NCBI GenBank assembly: GCA_903888345.1
Contig: CAISTG010000061.1
Coordinates: 18,512-82,511 of the forward strand
DNA from: Candidatus Buchananbacteria bacterium
GTDB taxonomy: Bacteria; Patescibacteriota; Patescibacteriia; 2-01-FULL-39-33
DNA length: 64,000 nt
Reading direction: 5' to 3'
The notes below the pieces were generated by a model that worked only from the letters and a program-made list of their open reading frames with translations, did no database searches and was not told the DNA's origin. This document shows positions 58,166 to 64,000 of this stretch, piece by piece (position 1 is the first letter of the stretch; every line of letters starts with the position of its first letter). A program made the translations under genes and the position numbers.

Positions 58166-58915
58166 ATGTCCAAAAAGAGTATGCGAGAGGTTGCCGGTAT
58201 AGTAAGTGCCTTAGGAGTGCTTCAATCGGTCGGCACTAATTTGACCCAACTTATAAGAGATCGCGGCGACGATCCCGATGCCGACATTTATTGGTTGGCG
58301 ACTAAAGGGGGCGAATCTACTTTGGCGAAGATTGCAGATATCATTGTGAATGATGCGAATGAAGCGGCATATTATGCCACCAAAGCATTAGAAAACGGAA
58401 AAGATTCTGAATCGGATTCTTCCATTATTTCTAAATATTTGGCAGGTTCTAAGAAAGTGATAATTAATCATTTAAATGGACTTGCACAAATGATTGAGGG
58501 GTATACTAATCTTAGTCCTAGGGATATAAATGATAAAAATTTCCACGAGTTGAACTTTGGTATTCGTCAAGTCACGGTAGACTTACTTAGTTTCAATCGG
58601 ATGTTCTCCAATACAGGAGAAGTTTTTGATAAACTTAAGGAAGTCAATTGTTGGCTTATCCAGAATGATGCGGGCTATATCTATCGCTTTGCCCAGCCTA
58701 CGGAGATGCTCGCATTTGCCGATAGTCTTACTGAGACGCATCCTGAAAATTTCATGATTGCGGCACTTGGGCGTTTAGCTGCAATTAACTGGAGGCGAAG
58801 CTTTGTTTTTCGGTATAGGTACCTTGGGGTTAACTTTATAAATATCGGAGATTGTAATGATCGCCTTAATCATGATTGGGGTTTTGCGGTTGCGCGTGAA
58901 CCAGTCACTATGTAG
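58166..58915 (+). CDS. Hypothetical protein, possible C-terminal CLec-like domain
   Basis: 249-aa ORF with a strong SD and its own terminator. Confidence 0.6.
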   Translation: MSKKSMREVAGIVSALGVLQSVGTNLTQLIRDRGDDPDADIYWLATKGGESTLAKIADIIVNDANEAAYYATKALENGKDSESDSSIISKYLAGSKKVIINHLNGLAQMIEGYTNLSPRDINDKNFHELNFGIRQVTVDLLSFNRMFSNTGEVFDKLKEVNCWLIQNDAGYIYRFAQPTEMLAFADSLTETHPENFMIAALGRLAAINWRRSFVFRYRYLGVNFINIGDCNDRLNHDWGFAVAREPVTM

Positions 58916-58936
58916 CATTTAAAATGAACCATCTTT

Positions 58937-58965
58937 ACGCGACGAGCTTGGCTCGTCGCGTTTTT
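58937..58965 (+). terminator. Intrinsic terminator
   Basis: acgcgacgagc-ttg-gctcgtcgcgt-TTTT. Confidence 0.88.
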
Positions 58966-59046
58966 AAATTATTTTGATAAATTGCCAAATTACCTTATAA
59001 TTGTTAGTATAAAGTCATCATCAGGTTTGATTATTAAGCTAAAACG

Positions 59047-59529
59047 ATGTCAGATAATATGGCTGAAAAATTGAAGTTGAGGTTTGCTGTCGCTGAAGAC
59101 GTTGCTATTATTTTAACCTTTATTAAAGAGTTGGCTGTTTATGAGGAATTATTGAATCAGGTTACGGCGACCGAAGAAATATTAAGTAATTCTTTATTTA
59201 TTGAAAAGAAAGCTGAAGTAGTAATTGCTGAATATAATAATGAGCCAGTTGGTTTTGCTTTATTCTTTCATAACTTCTCAACCTTTTTGGGTCGGCCCGG
59301 AATTTATTTGGAAGACTTATATGTTCGACCGGAGAGGCGCGGCCAGGGGATTGGCAAGGCTTTGTTGGAATATTTATTACAATTAGCTAAAGAAAGAAAT
59401 TGTGGTCGCTTAGAGTGGTGGTGTTTGGATTCTAATAACTCAGCGATTGAATTTTATAAAAAAAGTGGGGCTGTGCCAATGAGTGATTGGACGGTTTATC
59501 GAATAACTGAAGAAAAATTTAACCAATAA
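59047..59529 (+). CDS. GNAT acetyltransferase (SSAT-like)
   Basis: IKELAVYE, GFALFFHNFSTF.G, YLEDLYVRPERRGQGIGKAL, AIEFYK. Confidence 0.92.
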   Translation: MSDNMAEKLKLRFAVAEDVAIILTFIKELAVYEELLNQVTATEEILSNSLFIEKKAEVVIAEYNNEPVGFALFFHNFSTFLGRPGIYLEDLYVRPERRGQGIGKALLEYLLQLAKERNCGRLEWWCLDSNNSAIEFYKKSGAVPMSDWTVYRITEEKFNQ

Positions 59530-59538
59530 TTAAGTATT

Positions 59539-60021
59539 ATGAATCGAGAACACTTGCCCAGCAGCGAACAGATGAGCGAAAATAAAAAACATTTACTGGA
59601 ATTAGAACAGTCTGGCAATTTTGTGTTTCATGGTTCTCCGGTCATGATTGAATCTTTGACTCCGCGTCAGGCCTATAAAAGCAACAAAGAAACCGGGATG
59701 ATGGATGCCGATGGTAATCCGGCAGTTTTTGCTACGCCTTTTGCTGAGGTGGCAATATTTCGGTCGCTGATTAATGGCGATTATGTGGCTAGTGAATCAA
59801 CTAGTAGATTTGGTCTCAATGATGTGGGCCCGTATTTTTCCGCTTCACAGAATTTATTAGACCAGGCGGAAGAACGGATTGGACATATTTATGTTTTGGC
59901 CAAAAATAAATTTGGCGACTTAGAGGGAATGCAGTGTCGCAGCGAAGAAGAAATTATTCCGATTGAAGTTATTGATGTTACGGCTCAAGATTTGCCCAAA
60001 AATATCAAAACGATTGAATAA
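59539..60021 (+). CDS. Hypothetical protein (possible ADP-ribosyltransferase-like fold)
   Basis: FHGS…L.P…VFAT pattern. Confidence 0.55.
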   Translation: MNREHLPSSEQMSENKKHLLELEQSGNFVFHGSPVMIESLTPRQAYKSNKETGMMDADGNPAVFATPFAEVAIFRSLINGDYVASESTSRFGLNDVGPYFSASQNLLDQAEERIGHIYVLAKNKFGDLEGMQCRSEEEIIPIEVIDVTAQDLPKNIKTIE

Positions 60022-60028
60022 AAATATT

Positions 60029-60439
60029 ATGATTTTAATTATTAACACTGTTCCCCGTGATCATTTTTCTATTCTGTTGGCACGTAAGGCGGGGGAATTC
60101 AAATTGAAAAAAGTTGCTGGCAACTTTCATCAGGCAGAAAAATTACTACCAACCATTGATGCTTTACTCAAAAAAGAAAAGTTAAAGTTGAAAGACTTAC
60201 GCGCCATTGGTGTCGTGGTCGGACCAGGTGGCTTTACTTCGGTGCGGGTTGGCGTAGCTGTCGCTAATGGTTTGGGTTACGGTTTAGGTTTACCAATTAT
60301 TGGCGTGCGGGCTGATGCTTTTACGAATGAAGCTGAGTTAGTCGCTAGAGTGTTTGCTGATCTCAAGAAAAGCAATCAGAAAAAGTTGGTTGAACCGATT
60401 TATGATCGTGAGCCGAATATCACAATAGCGAAAAAATAA
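60029..60439 (+). CDS. tsaB: tRNA threonylcarbamoyladenosine biosynthesis protein TsaB (short form)
   Basis: ILIINT, AEKLLP.I, GPGGFTSVRVG, P.YDREPNIT. Confidence 0.88.
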   Translation: MILIINTVPRDHFSILLARKAGEFKLKKVAGNFHQAEKLLPTIDALLKKEKLKLKDLRAIGVVVGPGGFTSVRVGVAVANGLGYGLGLPIIGVRADAFTNEAELVARVFADLKKSNQKKLVEPIYDREPNITIAKK

Positions 60440-60470
60440 GTTAAAAAAATTAAATTTGAGAATAAAAATG

Positions 60471-60490
60471 GCGCGGAATTTCTTCCGCGC
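60471..60490. terminator. Hairpin terminator between convergent genes
   Basis: gcgcggaa-tttc-ttccgcgc. Confidence 0.7.
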
Positions 60491-60498
60491 TTGTTGTG

Positions 60499-61581
60499 TT
60501 ATTTCATTAGTTCATATACTCTAGCGATGGCCTTGAGCCTGGCCTCGCTGTTTTGTGGCGTCTGCCTGAAGGCAGCGTGTGCTTGCTCCACAGTGGCACT
60601 GAAATCGATTAATTTTTCCAGTGCGCGTTCTGGCCCGTCCGGTAACCGATTAATATCGCACCGGCTGTGCAGTTCCTCAGCATCTTGGAAGGAAGTGATG
60701 GCCGACAGGCATTTTTCAAAAACCTGTTTCCAGTAGTTGTCACCTTCATCATCCCAAGTTCCATTGATGTTATCGTTTTCAAACATCTCCATTGCCTGAT
60801 CGAAGGTGGCGAGTTCCAAGGATCTTTTAAGTACGGCCCCCCGATTGTTGCATTGGCAGAAGTCGAACAAGTCCCAGGCTTCTTCGAAGGTGCATAACTG
60901 TAAGCACTTTATCAAAGACGCTTGCCCGATCCAGCCAGCACTTGTCCTGAATACCCAGCGGAAATCTTCGGCGGTTTTGGCAAGTTTAAAGCAATGATCC
61001 AGGATAGTTTGTGTCTGATGAGAGTCCCTGTCTCGAACCTTCTCATATGCCGCGCAAGCTTCCTTAAAGGATTTGCAAAGCGTAAAGCATTTCTTCAGTT
61101 CTTCGCGCTGAAAGTCATTGATTTCGAAAATGCTCATGCAGGTGAAGCAAAACAATTTGGCATAGGCCTCCCAGTAGTCTTCAAAAGTGACGCAGAACAA
61201 AGCCCATTTTTTGTAAGCCTCGTATTTCGAATCATACGGAGCGTCCTCGAAGGCTTTTTTGGCTGATTTCAAGTCAGTGGCCGCATCAATCTCTTGTTCT
61301 GAGAGCGATTTCCATTTTTCTTTGAGTGCTTCGCGCAAGGCGGGATCGGTTTTCAATCGGCCATTGTCAAGTGCTTCTTCAATTTCTGCGATCGTTTTAT
61401 GAAAGGAGGCTAAATGCTCAGCCGCTATTTTTTTGGCGTTGCTTCCCTCAGCCGTTTTACTAAAGATTACTTGTGCCTCTTCAAAGTTGCGGCCACCATC
61501 AGGAAAAACGGCAGCCATGGCTTCATATAGGGAAATACCCAAGAGATTAGCCGTTTGCCTGACCTTTTCAACTGTCGGCAT
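60499..61581 (-). CDS. Hypothetical alpha-helical repeat protein
   Basis: ~30-aa repeats of the form KC..LC.TFEEA…; SD GAAAGGA. Confidence 0.65.
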   Translation of the reverse strand: MPTVEKVRQTANLLGISLYEAMAAVFPDGGRNFEEAQVIFSKTAEGSNAKKIAAEHLASFHKTIAEIEEALDNGRLKTDPALREALKEKWKSLSEQEIDAATDLKSAKKAFEDAPYDSKYEAYKKWALFCVTFEDYWEAYAKLFCFTCMSIFEINDFQREELKKCFTLCKSFKEACAAYEKVRDRDSHQTQTILDHCFKLAKTAEDFRWVFRTSAGWIGQASLIKCLQLCTFEEAWDLFDFCQCNNRGAVLKRSLELATFDQAMEMFENDNINGTWDDEGDNYWKQVFEKCLSAITSFQDAEELHSRCDINRLPDGPERALEKLIDFSATVEQAHAAFRQTPQNSEARLKAIARVYELMK

Positions 61582-61586
61582 AGTTT

Positions 61587-61677
61587 GATCCTTTCGATTT
61601 TTTGTTAATTGTTAAGGGGCGATTATTGGCCTCAATGGCCGATTTTTAATTATGTCATAGCCAATTTATAATGTCAA
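61587..61677 (-). promoter_or_regulatory. sigma70 promoter + boxA-like motif + SD of orphan unit
   Basis: Minus strand: TTGACA(61677-61672)-17-CATAAT; CGCCCCTTAACAA (61621-61609); GAAAGGA before ATG 61581. Confidence 0.65.
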
Positions 61678-61683
61678 TGGTTC

Positions 61684-61771
61684 TGTGGATAACTTAAGGT
61701 GGTTTTTAAAATCTCAGGATTAACGGGTGTGGATAACTTTTTAACTAGCTCTTGCTGAAAAGATATCCACA
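61684..61771. promoter_or_regulatory. Cluster of three DnaA boxes
   Basis: TGTGGATAA at 61684 and 61728 (perfect TTATCCACA on the minus strand); ATATCCACA at 61763 (1 mismatch). Confidence 0.7.
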
Positions 61772-61843
61772 ACCCAGCAACCGATCTTAATAAATGCCCA
61801 TAATTGGGCATTTTTTTAAATGTTGAAAAATACCTAATTTAGG

Positions 61844-61897
61844 TTGCTTAGTGGTGGTCAGTGGTGTATACTTATAGCAGAGTGGTGAAAAGTGGTG
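61844..61897 (+). promoter_or_regulatory. dcw promoter with MraZ-binding GTGGTG repeats
   Basis: TTGCTT-17-TATACT; GTGGTG at 61851, 61861, 61882 and 61892 (10-bp phasing), upstream of mraZ. Confidence 0.8.
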
Positions 61898-61992
61898 AAT
61901 TTCCGGATTTTATTTTTTGAGAGCAGTAGTTATTTTATCAGTAAAAATGATAACTTTTAACTTTATAAACTTTATAAACTTTTAACTCTATC

Positions 61993-62421
61993 ATGTTCAT
62001 CGGTCAGTATTCCCACAATTTGGATGAGAAGGGGCGTGTGGCGGTACCCGCAAAGTTTCGTACTCAACTCAAAAGTGCTGTAGTTACCAAAGGTTTGGAT
62101 AACTGCTTGTTTTTGTATCCGCAAAAAGAATGGGACAAGATGGCCAAAGAAATTTCTGAGTTACCGATTGATAAATCTGGCAATCGTGCTTTTTCTCGCG
62201 CGATGCTCGCTGGCGCGATGGAACTTGAATTTGATAAACAAGGCAGAATTATCTTACCTGAATATTTAAGAACTTTTGCTGGTCTCGCTAAAAATGTAAT
62301 CATTGCTGGCTTATATAATCGCTTGGAAATTTGGGATGAAAAGAAATGGAATGCTTATCAGGCTGACAGTGAGAAAAATTATAATCAAATTGCCGAAGCG
62401 TTGGGGGATATTAAAAAATAA
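61993..62421 (+). CDS. mraZ: Division/cell wall cluster transcriptional repressor MraZ
   Basis: MFIGQY.H.LDEKGR, DKQGRI, RLEIWD. Confidence 0.97.
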   Translation: MFIGQYSHNLDEKGRVAVPAKFRTQLKSAVVTKGLDNCLFLYPQKEWDKMAKEISELPIDKSGNRAFSRAMLAGAMELEFDKQGRIILPEYLRTFAGLAKNVIIAGLYNRLEIWDEKKWNAYQADSEKNYNQIAEALGDIKK

Positions 62422-63326
62422 TGGATATGCCTACCATTCATGAACCAGTTTTGTTGACAGAAATTCTGGAACTATTACAACCGCGAGCGAATGAAAATTT
62501 TATTGACTGCACCTTTGGCGGCGGCGGGCACAGTTTGGCTATTTTAAATCGCGTCAAACCTGATGGCAAAGTAGTTGGTATTGATTGGGATTTTAAAGCA
62601 GCTCAAGACAGTCATAATAAAAATCTGATTATTGTTAATGATAATTATCGTAATTTAAAAAAGATTTACGAAGTTTGTGAAAAGAAATTAGGTTTAGGTG
62701 AGATTAGCGGCATCCTACTGGATTTAGGTTTGTCATCAGATCAATTAGCCGACGATGATCGGGGTTTCAGTTTTGAAGCTACCGGCCAATTGGATATGCG
62801 CTTTGATGTTAACTCGGACCATCCAACAGCCGCCGAGATTTTAACGACTTACAGCGAAAAACAATTGGAAGGAATTTTTCGTGACTATGGAGAAGAACCA
62901 CTCGCTAAACCCATTGCCAAAGCTCTTGTTGTCGCTAGAGATAAAGGGGAGGATATCGCTTCAGCCGCCATGCTTGTCCGGCTGATTGCCGATATCTATC
63001 GTAAGAAATTTCGCCAGCCCTCGCGGAAAAATCCCGCGACCCGAGTTTTGCAAGCCTTGCGAATTGCCGTTAACGATGAGTTCGGCAATATCAAATCGGT
63101 CTTGCCTCAGGCCATGGATATTTTAAAATCCGGCGGACGGCTGGCGGTAATTTCTTTCCACTCTGGTGAAGACCGGATTATTAAGACTTATTTTAAAGAA
63201 ATGGCTTCGGGTGATTATCCCCGAATTAAAATCATAACCAAAAAGCCACTGGTGGCGAGCGAAGCGGAAAACGTAAGTAATCCGCGGGCCCGTAGCGCCA
63301 AATTAAGGGTGGCTGAAAAAATATAA
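62421..63326 (+). CDS. rsmH: 16S rRNA m4C1402 methyltransferase
   Basis: HEPVL, DCTFGGGGHS, DLGLSS, RGFSF, LDMR, QALRIAVN, SFHSGEDR, NPRARSAKLR. Confidence 0.97.
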   Translation: MDMPTIHEPVLLTEILELLQPRANENFIDCTFGGGGHSLAILNRVKPDGKVVGIDWDFKAAQDSHNKNLIIVNDNYRNLKKIYEVCEKKLGLGEISGILLDLGLSSDQLADDDRGFSFEATGQLDMRFDVNSDHPTAAEILTTYSEKQLEGIFRDYGEEPLAKPIAKALVVARDKGEDIASAAMLVRLIADIYRKKFRQPSRKNPATRVLQALRIAVNDEFGNIKSVLPQAMDILKSGGRLAVISFHSGEDRIIKTYFKEMASGDYPRIKIITKKPLVASEAENVSNPRARSAKLRVAEKI

Positions 63327-63331
63327 TTTAT

Positions 63332-63715
63332 ATGTGCAAATTCTGGAGGAAATTTTGCAAAACCGACCGAAAAAATCATCATTTTCCGGAGCTAACGCGA
63401 ACTACAAATCTGCGTGGTTGGCTGTGGCACTTAATGGGAGGCAATTTTGGCTTAGCGGTCATTGTTGTTGCCAATGTGGTGGCCGCCTTTTTCTATCTGA
63501 CACAGACAAATTTAACGGCTACTCACGGCTATCAGATTAAAACTTTGGAAAAGAAATTAACGCAATTGGAACAGGACCATGGGCAATTAAGTTTGCAGTA
63601 TATCCAATTGCAATCAATGGATCGAATCGTTAGTAGTGCTAAGAACTTAAATTTAGTGCCTTCTGATAATATTGAAACTATTAAAGCCGATGATTTAATT
63701 GCTATTAATCGTTAA
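63332..63715 (+). CDS. FtsL-like cell division protein
   Basis: One TM plus coiled coil, located between rsmH and the PBP gene. Confidence 0.65.
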   Translation: MCKFWRKFCKTDRKNHHFPELTRTTNLRGWLWHLMGGNFGLAVIVVANVVAAFFYLTQTNLTATHGYQIKTLEKKLTQLEQDHGQLSLQYIQLQSMDRIVSSAKNLNLVPSDNIETIKADDLIAINR

Positions 63716-63744
63716 TTAATTGTTTACATAAATTGCAAGCGCTT

Positions 63745-64000
63745 ATGTCTTGGCGTTCTCAACATCGATCGAGCGGCTATCGTCGCCTAGGAGGCAAACG
63801 ATCGAGTCTATTACAGCAAATCGTCACTAAATTGACAGCGCCTCACGCCACGTCACAATCATTAAAAACCGACAATCTCCGTATCAGATTTTTGTCGGTT
63901 GTTTTTTTAGTTATTGGCTTACTATTAATCGGTCGCTTATTTGATTTGCAAGTGGTTAACGGTTCGATTTATGCCGCCTTGGCCGCTGATCAACATGACC
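63745..64000 (+). CDS. Class B penicillin-binding protein (FtsI/PBP2), N-terminus, truncated by window end
   Basis: Open frame MSWRSQ…RIRFLSVVFLVIGLLLIGRLFDLQV; dcw synteny. Confidence 0.75.
   Translation, partial: MSWRSQHRSSGYRRLGGKRSSLLQQIVTKLTAPHATSQSLKTDNLRIRFLSVVFLVIGLLLIGRLFDLQVVNGSIYAALAADQHD

Noticed and set aside
61951-61989. AACTTT tandem units as a mobile-element end or iteron array
   Set aside because: Short, irregularly spaced and low-complexity, with no rep or transposase gene; kept only as context in the DnaA-box finding.
1-64000. Alternative genetic code (UGA recoding as in Gracilibacteria/Absconditabacteria)
   Set aside because: Conserved genes are full length under code 11, and TGA terminates several genes (e.g. 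4882, 10028, 16858).

Overview
Bacterial window with standard genetic code. Most genes have AT-rich leaders without a Shine-Dalgarno (SD) motif, and the gene content suggests Patescibacteria/CPR (Parcubacteria-like; inference). Positions 1-32 kb hold a large surface-polysaccharide locus: Wzx flippase, a CDP-3,6-dideoxyhexose (paratose/tyvelose-type) pathway with an embedded split transketolase, many glycosyltransferases, FkbM and other methyltransferases, GT-C-like membrane proteins, a UbiA+HAD pair, an initiating sugar transferase, GtrA and UXS. Positions 32-64 kb hold housekeeping genes (rlmH, tRNA-Ala(CGC), tRNA-Val(CAC), maf, rsmI, metG, cvpA, tatD, murA, L10 leader-rplJ-rplL, tsaB, mraZ-rsmH-ftsL-ftsI), a LutA/LutB/CcdA/thioredoxin redox block, and orphan genes. 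The most notable non-coding signals are: (1) two copies of a ~145-nt structured element with terminal inverted repeats, each ending just before a start codon (cvpA, rplJ), with a compensatory base change and alternative pairing; (2) five orphan or accessory transcription units sharing a boxA-like motif plus an SD, four with a near-consensus sigma70 promoter; (3) a 55-bp duplication of the rsmI 3' end bracketing a CGTC-type REP palindrome. No CRISPR array, transposase, integrase or reverse transcriptase was seen. All functional calls come from recognising motifs by eye; no database searches were run.
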